A program made the translations under genes and the position numbers. A DNA stretch of 64,000 nucleotides from Octopus sinensis. Taxonomy: Eukaryota. This document shows positions 40,794-54,103 of the stretch, in pieces. The stretch lies in contig NC_043005.1 of assembly GCF_006345805.1 (NCBI RefSeq), forward strand, positions 2,232,001 to 2,296,000, in the 5' to 3' direction. Under the pieces are notes generated by a model. The model had not been told where the DNA came from and did no database searches. It was given only the letters and a program-made list of their open reading frames with translations. Positions within the stretch are counted from its first letter, which is position 1. Each line of letters starts with the position of its first letter.

Positions 40794-42102
40794 ATTATTA
40801 TTATTATTATTTTCATTATCACCATCACCACCACAACTACCATTGTTTGAGGGAATACTTGATTAGCATTTGGTAAAGAGGTCATGTTCTATAGGTCTAT
40901 AAATAGATTCAGCAGATGGTGGAGAGGTCAGCCAAAGAGACAAAAGACAAATCCCCACAATTTGGGTCACGAGAGGTCAAACCTGTTTAATACTGGCAAC
41001 GCTTCCTTGAAAAGCAATTCAACTTGTTATATTTGTAATTAATGGTCACACATATTATCTGATATTCACGTCGATGATTTTTTAAAATTTCTGAATTCAA
41101 TTTTGTTGTTGCAATAAAAGTTGTGTTTACGTATTTGGGTAATATATCAAAGTTTTTAAGTATTTTTGAGATGTTCGTTTGTCTGTCCATTTGGAAGATA
41201 CAATAAGACTTTTGCAATGGGAAGAAGAATGTTTACATTTTCGAATGCTCAGGGAGAGTCAAAAAGAAAAGAAAACAAGTTGTGGCAAGTAAAGTTCTAA
41301 GATTTACTAAATATGGTCTTTTGTATGACTGCACAGGGAGAAATGGTACTGTTCTTAGAATAAAAAGGAGGATGATATTTACATTTTCGAATACTCAGGG
41401 AGAGAGGAAAGGATACGTTGTAGACATTAAAGATTTTTTTCTGTTTTTTTCTCCTCTCTCTTGTATTTTAAGCTGACCATTTATGTGTTCGATAGCTGTA
41501 GGTATGTAAGTTTCCTAACTTTTTTTTAGGGAGATTTAAAATATTTACAGGGAATTGTAGATATTCCAGGCTTTGGGAACAGTAGGAGGAAGAGCAGGTT
41601 CACCTTGTTGGATTTTTGAATTTCTGAAATTCTTTTTCTTTGGGAATTTTTCTTTTATTTAAAAAAGTTTTGCTGTGGTTTACAGTTTTTGTAGTTGGGC
41701 AGTATGTATATATTAGAAGGTGCTTACTTCCATAATTTATTATCGTTGTGTTTTTAGTGTGTTGTTACAATGAAAGGCATTTTTACATATTCTGATTGTC
41801 AAGGAAGAAGGGACGACAGAATGTTCACACAAAATTGGAGATATTTATGTTTCTAAATTTTTGTTAGGTGTTCGTTTGTATGTCCAAAGCTGTAGATATG
41901 TAAGTTCTTTAACTTATTTTGAGGGAAATTCAAATTACTCACAGAAAACAGTAGATCTTCCAGTCTTTTAAAGTTGTTTTTTCAGTTGTCCTGCTGGGTT
42001 AGCTGCTTACAGGTCAGAGCTGCGAAGAACACGTCCAGCGTCTGTCACGTCCAGCCATCTTATTATTATTATTATTATATTATTATTATTATTATTATTA
42101 TT

Positions 42103-42578
42103 CAGTAGTTTTATTTTTATAGCGTGCTTTCACTTCACTACCGAGCGCAGCTCTATGTGCCTTGGGTATGTGCTGTGATTTGTTGTGATGCTCTGATGGT
42201 TATTGTATGGAAAGTGTTCTGCGTAGGATGTGTGCAGTGCCTAGTAGTGCAATTTTCTGTATGTTATATGTGTTTGTAAGTCCTGGTGTTTTTGTTATGT
42301 ATTTGTCTGAATATTTTTTTATCATGCCTAATGCACCTACTATGATAGGAATTGTTTCTGTTTTCAGGTTCCACATTCTAGTTACCTCTATTTCCAGGTC
42401 TTTGTATTTTGAGAGTTTCTCCATTTCTTTTAGAGACACGTTGTCATCTGCCGGTATTGATACATCAATTAGAAAGCATTTTTTTTCTTCATGATCTCTG
42501 ACAACTATATCTGGTCTGTTGGCCTTAATTTCTCTATCTGTGTGTATCGGCATATCCCAGAGTATGGTTGCTTTCTCG

Positions 42579-42582
<4 letters not shown>
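42103..42582 (-). mobile_element. Dong/R4-like lineage B 3' fragment (copy 1 of tandem pair)
   Basis: RLE ORF 42200-42553. Confidence 0.92.
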
Positions 42583-42640
<58 letters not shown>

Positions 42641-42698
42641 ATTATTATTATTATTATCCTATTATTATTATTATATTATTATTATTATTATTATTATT

Positions 42699-43183
42699 CA
42701 GTAGTTTTATTTTATTTTTATAGCGTGCTTTCACTTCACTACCGAGCGCAGCTCTATGTGCCTTGGGTATGTGCTGTGATTTGTTGTGATGCTCTGATGG
42801 TTATTGTATGGAAAGTGTTCTGCGTAGGATGTGTGCAGTGCCTAGTAGTGCAATTTTCTGTATGTTATATGTGTTTGTAAGTCCTGGTGTTTTTGTTATG
42901 TATTTGTCTGAATATTTTTTTATCATGCCTAATGCACCTACTATGATAGGAATTGTTTCTGTTTTCAGGTTCCACATTCTAGTTACCTCTATTTCCAGGT
43001 CTTTGTATTTTGAGAGTTTCTCCATTTCTTTTAGAGACACGTTGTCATCTGCCGGTATTGATACATCAATTAGAAAGCATTTTTTTTCTTCATGATCTCT
43101 GACAACTATATCTGGTCTGTTGGCCTTAATTTCTCTATCTGTGTGTATCGGCATATCCCAGAGTATGGTTGCTTTCTCGTTTT
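42699..43183 (-). mobile_element. Dong/R4-like lineage B 3' fragment (copy 2 of tandem pair)
   Basis: ORF 42801-43154 has the same translation as copy 1 and the same 5' breakpoint. Confidence 0.92.
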
Positions 43184-43190
43184 ATTATTA

Positions 43191-43254
<64 letters not shown>

Positions 43255-43256
43255 CC

Positions 43257-43330
<74 letters not shown>

Positions 43331-43356
43331 ATTATTATTATTATTATTATTATTAT

Positions 43357-45261
43357 ATGTTTGACTTTTGCTTTACATTTGTACAAGTCTCACTCAGAGA
43401 CCACAAGAGACCACAAGTTGGCAGTTCATGTTGGTGTTATGCCCAGGGTGCCATATATTTGGTTTTGTACATAGTGTTGTTCTAGAGAATGTTTAAGAAA
43501 CCATAAGAAAATTATGTGCTTGTTTTAAAACTTGAGATTACATAGAAAGTATTTTGCGTAGGACATGGGCAGTCCCCATGAGCACTATCTTTTGAATTTC
43601 TGCCATTTTGGGGTTTGCTGGTATCTTAGCTAGGCAGAAATCAACCACTTTTGCTATTATTCCATTTTACCAATTTCTATTTCAAGTTCTTTATAGTTGC
43701 TCAGTTTTTGGTAGGTCTTGACAAATATGTTTATATCGATTGGGACAGTCGTATCAATGAGGAGGCATGTTCTTTGTCTGAAGTCTTTCAGTATGATGTC
43801 TGGCCTGTTTGTATATATCTGTCAGTTTGAATGGCGAAGTTCCAGAGGAATGTGATGCAGTCATTTTCAAGCAAGTATTGATCGCTTCGATCCTGTTTCT
43901 TGCATTCAGCTCCGTCTTGAGTATTGCCCTAACCCTGTGATAACATGCTTTTCTGATCCTTTTTCTCATCATCTTCAAATAGCCCTAAGTCCTTTATGAA
44001 ATTCTGTTGATCAAAATTAACGTTAGATGCTTCTGTCATGATAAAAGTTGCTTTTGCACATTTATCGAGGCCAATTGGCATCCTGATATCATCACTGAAG
44101 TATTTAACAATTGTTGGTCATTTTTTTGCAAAGAACTTTAAATCATCCATGTAAATGAGATGATTTACATTTTATCAAACATTTTATGGCTATATTCTAC
44201 ATCATCGAGCATTTTTGAGAGAGATATTAAGGCTGCGGTGATAGAGTGGTGATAGAGAGTCACACTGGAAAATGTCACATGAAATTCTTACATCTCCAGC
44301 ATTGCGAGATTCATTGTTACTGTTCAAAGTCAGTTGTGTTCTCCGTGATCTTATACTTACAGACAAGACGTTTCGCAGAATAAGTGCTATTTTATACATT
44401 TCCAGACATTTCTTAATCCAGCTATGTGGTAGACAATCAAAAGCTTTTTTATAGTCTATCCAGGCTATCGACAAGTGTTTTGTGTCGTTTGTGACAATCT
44501 TCCAAGAGCATCTTATTGATGAGTAGCTGATCTTTACAACCATAGGATCCACGTTTACATCCCTTTTGTTCATTAGGGAATATGCTACTTTCTATTAAAA
44601 AACTAGAGGTATATTCAGTCAAGACAGATGTTAGTATTTTATACATTGTTGCTAAGCAGGTTATGGGTCTATAATGTTTTGGTTAATTTTGTTTCTACAT
44701 TTTTTGGAAGTAGGAATGTTACACCATTAACTAACCAAGGGGGAACCATACTAAGTTGTTGCAAAACATTGTTGTAAAGATTCGTTAGCAGTTCATGATT
44801 CTCTGGGAAGGCGTTCAATCAGAGGTTAGAAATTTTATCCTTTCCTGGAGACTTCCATTTGCTTGAAATCCAGAAAGCAGATCTTACATCCTCTACCTTG
44901 ATACCCTCTCATTTTTGCTCTTCTAAGGGGTCTAAGTCAGTAGATATTCGATCAATCCAAGGGGCCTTTTTATTGTTCGCTTTTTCTTCTGCCCAGATTT
45001 CCTGCACTTCTTTTTATGAGACACACTTTACTGTAACTGGTATCTTTCCTGTAAAATGTTTTGGGTTTATTTTTGAGCATGTTGTTGTTCTTCAAGAACT
45101 TAACGCGTTTTTCATAGCTTGCTATGCGGACAGCTTTAGCACATACCTTTTGCTTGATGGTTTCTATGGTGGTTTCGATGTCAAGTATGGTTTTCACATT
45201 ATACTTTTTCTTTAATTTTCGGATTTTTGTTGGTTTGATACTCTTGTCAAACTTAAGGTTT
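43357..45261 (-). mobile_element. Dong/R4-like lineage C, internally deleted and decayed
   Basis: GCKRGSYGCKDQLLINKM and WIDYKKAFD; deletion joins RIEAIN to LENDxI near 43875; lineage C 3' UTR. Confidence 0.88.
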
Positions 45262-45285
45262 ATTATTATTATTATTATTATTATT

Positions 45286-46260
45286 CAGTAGTTTTATTTT
45301 TATAGCGTGCTTTCACTTCACTACCGAGCGCAGCTCTGTGTGCCTTAGGTATGTGCTGTGACTTGTTGTGATTCTCTGATGGTTATTGTATGGAAAGTGT
45401 TCTGCGTAGGATGTGTGCAGTGCCTAGTAGTGCAATTTTCTGTATGTTATATGTGTTTGTAAGTCCTGGTGTTTTTGTTATGTATTTGTCTGAATATTTT
45501 TTTATCATGCCTAATGCACCTACTATGATAGGAATTGTTTCTGTTTTCAGGTTCCACATTCTAGTTACCTCTATTTCCAGGTCTTTGTATTTTGAGAGTT
45601 TCTCCATTTCTTTTAGAGACACGTTGTCATCTGCCGGTATTGATACATCAATTACAAAGCATTTTTTTTCTTCATGATCTCTGACAACTATATCTGGTCT
45701 GTTGGCCTTAATTTCTCTATCTGTGTGTATCGGCATATCCCAGAGTATGGTTGCTTTCTCGTTTTCTGTGACCTTTTCTGGTGTGTGCCTATACCATCTT
45801 TTTTCTGTTGTTATTCCATAATGTTGGCATAGCTTCCAATGTATGTAGGTTCCAACTCTGTCATGTCTGTGAATATATTCCTTCTTAGCCAGGGCTGGGC
45901 AGCTAGAGATAATATGATTTATTGTTTCTTGTCCATCTCCACATATTCTGCAGTTACTTGTAATATTTCTTTTCATTACATGTTTTTGGTAATTTCTGGT
46001 GGGGAGGCTCTGGTCTTGTGCTGCAATTAAAAATCCCTCTGTCTCTGCTTTGAGTCCTGGGATTTTTCTTTGTCTATATCTTTTGCGTTTAGTTTGGTGC
46101 AGTATTTACCATGAAGGGGTTTTTCTTGCCATCTTTTTATCATGGCTCGTTGCTGTTCTATTTTTAGTTTGGATTTCATTTGTTTTATAGCTTTTGTTGT
46201 TTCTTCATCATCTTCTTCTTCTTCTTTGTGTTTATTAGGTGGTATGATTTCTTGTTTGTA
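45286..46260 (-). mobile_element. Dong/R4-like lineage B, 5'-truncated
   Basis: ORF 45383-45976, zinc knuckle plus RLE. Confidence 0.92.
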
Positions 46261-46308
46261 TTATTATTATTATTATATTATTATTATTATATTATTATTA
46301 TTATTATT

Positions 46309-46605
46309 GAGTGAGAGAGAAGCGCATGCCATCAAAGTGACACTGGGGTACAATTATACGAAGCCAATATACCCACCCTGACAACCCGTCCGATAAGAAT
46401 ACACCAGGCACATGCATCACAACCATATATGCGCGATATGGTGATTTCATATCAAGATAAACAGGTATGACCTTGCGGGTGGGGACCAGTTAGAATCTTT
46501 CTTCGGGTTGAGTAGCCCATCTTGCTCAAAAGGTCCCTGAATAAGTGTTGTTTAAGGATGTGGAACGAAACATACATGTTTCCATATGTAAATTATTGAA
46601 ACCCC
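46309..46605 (-). mobile_element. Element X, diverged 3' ~300 nt
   Basis: Reverse complement of 57845-58141; TAA tail. Confidence 0.8.
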
Positions 46606-46639
46606 ATGTAATTGTCGATTAAAGGAGTCGTGTCTGTTA

Positions 46640-47550
46640 GCCGGTCCCTGTTTACGTAATAACGTAGTATATATGTGCTCTGTAGAAATCCCTGCTACAC
46701 AAAGTGCAATAATTTACATAGGAAGCACTGTAGGGCCCGTTGGAATTCTTTTACTAACGCAAAATATAAATCTTCTGCACTAATTTCGTATATACAAGAA
46801 CTTAAACTAAAAAATATACAATACTCATTATCTTGGTCAGTAATAGCAGAAGCATCTCCAGACAATACAATTACGCGTATATGTAAATTGTGTATTAGAG
46901 TGTCCATGAATATTCTTCGCCGATATGAGCCTACATCCTTAAATTAGTTCTCGGTTGCTATATTTTCCTGTAACCTTAGATATCGTTTAACAGTTAAATA
47001 TTTTGGTAAACCTAAATAAATTAACCATTTAATTTTTAACTATTTATATTTCGATTAATCACGTTGCTCCTGCCATCATGTAACTACATAACTGACCAAT
47101 TATTACCTGTTTAACATTTATAACATTCCCTAAGTCGCATTTCCCATAATTCCTGATATAACATTCCCGCCTCCTGTTAACAACTGCACCTCCATATATA
47201 GCTAAATCCCAGTCTAACTCGTACAACGTAACACGAAATGTGAAATCCTGAATAAGATACTCTCTGATGAAAGAGGCAGTTATCAATTTTCGGAACGAAA
47301 ACACCCTTAAAATTTATAGATTACTGTACTCCTGAAACGGCCGTAAGAGGATTACCATCAACATTTTACCATAACAACATTAGTTATTCTCTCGAATAAT
47401 TTACATATATTTTCTGAAAAATCCAACCTCAATGCTACGATGTTCTTTTATTCGCTCTTCGAAAGACTTTACTTTATCCACATTTTTGTAAGGCCATTCT
47501 TTTATTCTTAATTCTTACAACGCCGTTCTATCCTAATCTCACACATCTAT
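46640..47550 (+). mobile_element. Penelope-like GIY-YIG endonuclease remnant plus downstream flank
   Basis: IYIGSTVGP..RWNSF..KYKSSALISYIQELK..YSLSWSVIAEA..CKLC; ctctgatga near 47263. Confidence 0.65.
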
Positions 47551-47726
47551 TTATATATGTATATCAGATTTTTATATATTTATGTATTCGTGAAAATTTA
47601 ATATGTTTTAACATTTTAACGACTGATATATTGGTATATTCTAAAGACTGATATACATTGATCTATGGTAGAATACATGTATAAATAAATTGCTGAACCT
47701 ATCTGAAACTCTCCTTAACATTTATA

Positions 47727-47771
<45 letters not shown>

Positions 47772-48289
47772 GTCTCTGTGTTTGCCTGTGGAGAGAAAGT
47801 GAGAGGAGAAAGAGAGAGAGACAGCTTGATGACAGTACATGCATGATGTCTTTAAGTGATCTCTTCGATCTCGCTCATCTTTTCTCTCTATTTTTAGCTG
47901 GAATTGTTTTTGCTTTGCATCCAAACACAATTACACAACACGAATCTCTAGAAGCGAAAGAAACATAAACGTGCTAATTTCTCGGATTGAAATATTTACG
48001 TATTTATCCCTGCCAGCCACTCTTGTGTTTTCTGTGTGAAGAGAACCTGAAAGTGAATCTATCGTAGTCATAGAAGGGTTTTAAAAATAAAGTGGGCTGT
48101 AATACACAATGCTTTGGAGCATGATGTGATTATTTCAATCCGCTTATTGAAAACATGTTATATAAACAAATGTAAAAATATATGCTAAACCTACAGAGCC
48201 TCTATCAAACTCCACTAAACATGGTTACTTTCTACTTCATTATTCACTCAGTTATTGTTAACAATTCTTTATAGATTCTACTCTGGTGC

Positions 48290-48500
48290 AAAAAATCTTA
48301 TTCCAACTCTTCATCATTCCCTTGCTCCACTTCAATTGAAAGCAATCAGAACCTGGCCCTGATCTTTTTCACATAAGAGAAGGAAAACATCTCATAACAT
48401 TCAAACGGGTCCTGGATGAATATCTCCAACAAATTCCAGATAAGCCTCCTATATCCGGATATATCTTCCGCAAACAATCATTCTTTACTCGAATAGGATA
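48290..48500 (+). mobile_element. CR1-like 3' remnant
   Basis: FKRVLDEYLQQIPDKPPISGY resembles FKKSLDRFLQEIPDKPPTPGY of the 50923 ORF. Confidence 0.7.
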
Positions 48501-48579
48501 TGGTGTCCAAGGAATGACAGTAATATGAAACATTGTTCAACGTCTCTTCTAGTCTGTGTTAGACATAGCCAGAGCCACT

Positions 48580-48860
48580 TCAGGTCGAAACTTATCTCAT
48601 TACCTAAGTATCACCTTATTACTGCTATCACAACCTGGTACCTCTATCGTTGCTCATCCGATATTACCGTAGTTTACCCGTCATTACTGCGGTCATCAAC
48701 ATACCATACAGTTAGACACTCGGTACAATATAAGTACATCTACCAACACACAACTCCCAATGGTGTCCGATCCTTATTGTCTCTGCTACAGGCAACTCTA
48801 CACTTTACTAAAATACAACAGCTTCCAAAACATCGCCAAAGCCGCTGTGGAACCGGTTTC
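48580..48860 (+). mobile_element. Possible decayed LINE C-terminal region
   Basis: Broken frames FTR..CGH..KYIYQH..MVSDPYC. Confidence 0.3.
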
Positions 48861-49355
48861 CTCATTTTTTTAATTTTTGCTAACTCGTCTTTGACGAGTT
48901 ATAAAACTCGGCGAATGAAGCTTCCACCACATTCTATCACATATAAATGGCACGAATACAAACTGAAAATCCTTTAAACAGAAAACAAGCTCTCTCTCTC
49001 CCTCTCTCCTTTTCTCCCTCTCTCCCCTTCTCCCTCTTCCCTTTCTCTCTCCTTCTGTTCATACATAAATTTATACATATTTACTGTTATATATATGTAA
49101 ATATATACATATATATAAAGCTATAATGTATACATATATACAAAGCTATAATGTATACATATATTTATATTTATATATATATATATATATAAATGGATGA
49201 ATGAATTATCCTTTGTTTACCATGAACATGGAAAATTCAATAAACAGTTACTAGGGTAACAAAATTCACGCAAGTAACAAGGATGTAGCAACCTCCCGGT
49301 TAATGTGCAGTAATTTGTGTAGTATAAGTAAATAAATGGAGTTGAACGCAGATGC

Positions 49356-49444
<89 letters not shown>

Positions 49445-49464
49445 TGTATGTATGTATGTATATA

Positions 49465-49524
<60 letters not shown>

Positions 49525-49536
49525 ATATATATATAT

Positions 49537-49918
49537 AAGGGAAAAGTAAAAAGAAAACAGAGAAAATGCACATTGGATATTAAATATAATAGCTTTTTTG
49601 TGAAAAGTAACGATATATATATATATACACAATTAGATGAACTGAGGTAGAAATAAAAGGTATAAAAGTCATTATTATGAATTGTTAAAGAAGATTCAGA
49701 GTCATACCGGTATCGTCAAAGTCAGTGAACAGCTTTTGAAGATACCGGTATGACTCTGAGTCTTCTTTAACAATTCATAATAATGACTATTATACCTTTT
49801 ATTTCTACCTCAGTTCATCTAATTGTGTATATATATATATATCGTTACTTTTCATTAAAAAGCTATTATTTTTTTATATCCAATGAGCATTTTCTCTTTT
49901 ATCTTTTTACCTTTCTCC
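49537..49918. mobile_element. Foldback/MITE-like long inverted repeat
   Basis: ~178-bp arms at 49537-49714 and 49741-49918, with a 26-nt spacer. Confidence 0.85.
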
Positions 49919-50031
49919 TATTTATACAACGTGTATCTCTTTTCTCTATGAAACCTATTTCTGTTATATATATATATGTGTCATATATATATATCATACA
50001 TATATACTATATATATATATATATATATTAC

Positions 50032-50102
<71 letters not shown>

Positions 50103-50794
50103 GGTATTATCTCCCTTCTAACCATTATGACGTTTCTATCTTATCTCAATTTATAAACAGAATCCAGTGTTCTGACGCTAAAAGTTGCGTGTGAGAACTT
50201 CGTTAACTCAGTCTGTGTTTAGCTTTCATGGAATTGTTTGAGTAGAAATAACATCGCAGTGCTTTTCTCATTAGAAAGAGAATAAAATGTCATAAACCAC
50301 GAAACATAACTATTAGAACGCTATCTCTAGCGCAATGGTTTGATAAATTGTTCCCGTGTTGTGTTAATAACATCGAAACAGAAATGTTGTTGCAGATATA
50401 GTGGAATTGTTTCATTGTCATCTGTGCATTATTTAAGTATTTATCGACTGAATATGAAATATTATTCACTTAGAACTGAGCTCACGTACACACATGCACG
50501 TAAAATCTAAAAATTCCATTTGTAAATACACGTTTGTACGTGTTTATATGTGTGGGTGAGTATCTGTGTGTAAGTGTGTGGAGAAATCTTTTAAAAAAAG
50601 CATAATGCAAAGAGGATGCAACACGTGTTTGCAGAAAATTACATAAATTTCGGTTTATTATCAACCGAATATTACGATGTCCCACTTTGTGAATTTTCTG
50701 CACACACGCGCGCGCGCCTACATGCTCACAAACACCTACGTATAGACCTACATATATACAAATATATAATATATTTATATTAATCTGTTATACT

Positions 50795-50830
<36 letters not shown>

Positions 50831-50833
<3 letters not shown>

Positions 50834-52400
50834 TTTGATACTTTAATACTTTGATAGGTTTCGGCCATTATTGGCCCAGGCCATGTCTAACTTAATAGCA
50901 CCACCTGGTGAAGTCTTTCAAGTCAGAATTTGGGCACTATGGCCCACTCAAGTAGAGAGTTATTGTTTACAGAGACATATCCGGGTGTAGGGGGTTTATC
51001 CGGGATTTCTTGAAGGAATCTGTCCAAAGACTTCTTGAACCCTATAGGGTCAGTTTCTGTTTTAATGTGTTTTGGTGTAATGTTAAAGAGAGCGGGGCCA
51101 ATTGAGGTGAAATAATTGTGCCGTATTGTTGTTATGAGATGAGAGTGCGATTTTTGTTTTGGGTGGATGGCACGGGGCCCAAGCCTTGGATGTACCTTAA
51201 AGGTGATGCCAACATCATTTGGGCAATGCTGATGGAATATTTTCCACATCATGCAGATGATGTAGCGCTCACGACGACGTTGGAGAGAATAAAGTTTTAG
51301 CTTTTCTAGTCGACCCCAATAGTCGAGGCCTGTCATGCCATCTATCTTTTTTGTGATTGCCCTTTGGGGTGCTTCAACTTTTATGATACTTTGTTTTGTG
51401 TGGGGAGACCACAGTGGACAACAGTATTCAAGGTGGGGTCTGGCAAAAGTGGAGAAGAGAAGGATAATGGTGTGGATATCTCTCGACTGGAAAGTTCTGA
51501 GAATCCAGGAACACATTCTGCGGGCCCTGTCAACTTTGGTGTTTATATGAGTGGCCCAGCTTATGTTGTTGTCCACAATTACTCCCAAGTCTCTGATGTT
51601 GTTGGATGCCACGAGAGTTTCACCTGAAGGAAGGGAGTATGGGAGTTTCAGGGCATCCTCTTTTCCAAAGTGGATTAACTCAAATTTATCCTCGTTCAGC
51701 AGCATATTGTTTTTTTCTGCCCATTGGATAACAGCCAGTAGATCTGACTGAAGGCATGTCCGGTCACTCGCCTCATTTATAATCTTCTGTAGCTTGGAAT
51801 CATCTGCAAAGATTTTTATGTTGCTGTGCTTGATGATGTCATTAATATCATTAATGTAAATGATGAAAAGAAGTGGGCCCAGCACAGTGCCTTGCGGAAC
51901 GCCACTACTGACTTTGGCTGGGCTTGATTTTACCTCTTCAACTACAACATGTTGAGATCTGTCTGTCAGGAAACACTTGATCCATTTCAGTAACTTTCCA
52001 GAGACACCAATGTTGGATAGTTTTTTCAATAGGATCTTATGATCAACCCTATCGAAGGCCTTACTAAAATCAAGGTAGATGACATCGGTGTTGGAGCCCT
52101 CTCCCAAAGCTCTCAAAATGTCATCAAAGTGATGCAGGAGCTGCGTTAGGCAGTCCCTTCCATTACGGAACCCATGTTGGTTGGAGATCAGCCGTCTGTT
52201 GCTTTCCAGAAATTGGGTTATTCGAGATCTCACCACCCTCTCAAATACCTTGATGATATGAGAGGTGAGTGAGATCGGAAGGAAGTTCACTGCAAGGGAC
52301 TTGCTTCCCTTTTTGAAAACTGGGACAACAGACTGGGACAGAAGGTTTTTTGGAATATAGCCAGCATCCAGTGAGTTTCTCCACAGATTAGCAAGGGGAG
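50831..52400 (-). mobile_element. CR1-like LINE, 5'-truncated, inserted in (TA)n
   Basis: Short repeated tail (tactttga) and (TA)n on both flanks. Confidence 0.9.
50923..52290 (-). CDS. CR1-like reverse transcriptase, uninterrupted 455-aa ORF fragment
   Basis: PISLTS, NQHGFR, YLDFSKAFDRV, GVPQGTVLGPLLF, IFADDSK, RDLGVIVD, RPHLEYC. Confidence 0.9.
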   Translation of the reverse strand: MNFLPISLTSHIIKVFERVVRSRITQFLESNRRLISNQHGFRNGRDCLTQLLHHFDDILRALGEGSNTDVIYLDFSKAFDRVDHKILLKKLSNIGVSGKLLKWIKCFLTDRSQHVVVEEVKSSPAKVSSGVPQGTVLGPLLFIIYINDINDIIKHSNIKIFADDSKLQKIINEASDRTCLQSDLLAVIQWAEKNNMLLNEDKFELIHFGKEDALKLPYSLPSGETLVASNNIRDLGVIVDNNISWATHINTKVDRARRMCSWILRTFQSRDIHTIILLFSTFARPHLEYCCPLWSPHTKQSIIKVEAPQRAITKKIDGMTGLDYWGRLEKLKLYSLQRRRERYIICMMWKIFHQHCPNDVGITFKVHPRLGPRAIHPKQKSHSHLITTIRHNYFTSIGPALFNITPKHIKTETDPIGFKKSLDRFLQEIPDKPPTPGYVSVNNNSLLEWAIVPKF

Positions 52401-52430
<30 letters not shown>

Positions 52431-52432
<2 letters not shown>

Positions 52433-52615
52433 CTAGCGAGAATTTACAAAAAACAAAATAAGACGAAGACGGGTGTGTAAACAACAAACAGATGTATAGT
52501 TTAACGCTCGGGATGTGAGAAAGTGTTTTACGTTTCGAGCCTACGCTCTTCGACAGAAAGGAACGCAGAAATAAGCAGAGAGAGAAAATTAAAAATAGAA
52601 AATAGTAAAATATAT
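52431..52615 (-). mobile_element. Short dispersed repeat with hammerhead-like motif (copy 3)
   Basis: Reverse complement of CTTT-CTGTCGAA-GAGC-GTAG-GCTC-GAAAC-GTA at 52525-52560. Confidence 0.65.
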
Positions 52616-52929
52616 ATGTGAATATGTGTATGTATGCATGTATGTGTGTATGTATGTATGTATGTATGCATGTATGTATGTGTGTATGTATGTATGTATG
52701 TATGTATGCATGTATGTATGTATGTATGTATGCATGCATGTATGTATGTATGTATGTATGTGTATGTATGCATGTATGTATGTATGTTTGTAAGTATGTA
52801 TAAAAAAATATATATACTTCGTTTTTGTATTTGGTTTGAACAAGATTCTTAATATGAATTCGTGTTTTTCATAACAAATCCTTTTGTGTCTTGGGAGAGT
52901 AATTACGGCAATAATATTAAACTGGTGCG

Positions 52930-53127
52930 AAGGCGGCGAGCTGGCAGAGTGGTTAGCACGCCGGGCGAAATGCGTAGCCGTATTTCGTCTGCCGTTACGT
53001 TCTGAGTTCAAATTCCTCCGAGGTCGATTTTGCCTTTCATCCTTTCGGGGTCGACAAATTAAGTACCAGTTGCGTACTGCCACCCTCCCCCAAAATTTCG
53101 GGTCTTGTACCCTAGAGTAGAAAAGAG
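52930..53127 (+). mobile_element. tRNA-type SINE (family 2)
   Basis: aaggcggcgagctggcagagtggttagcac...gagttcaaattcc...tagagtagaaaag. Confidence 0.9.
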
Positions 53128-53129
53128 TA

Positions 53130-53225
<96 letters not shown>

Positions 53226-53229
53226 ATAT

Positions 53230-54103
<874 letters not shown>

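Noticed and set aside
48525-48977. 150-aa ORF as a host gene
   Set aside because: No recognisable domain; overlaps decayed LINE-like frames.
50855-50885. Hammerhead at the CR1 3' end (GGCC-AATAAT-GGCC-GAAAC on minus)
   Set aside because: No CUGANGA upstream; better explained as a LINE 3' stem-loop.
52930-53010. tRNA gene
   Set aside because: The tRNA-like head is part of a multi-copy SINE; no complete cloverleaf is evident.
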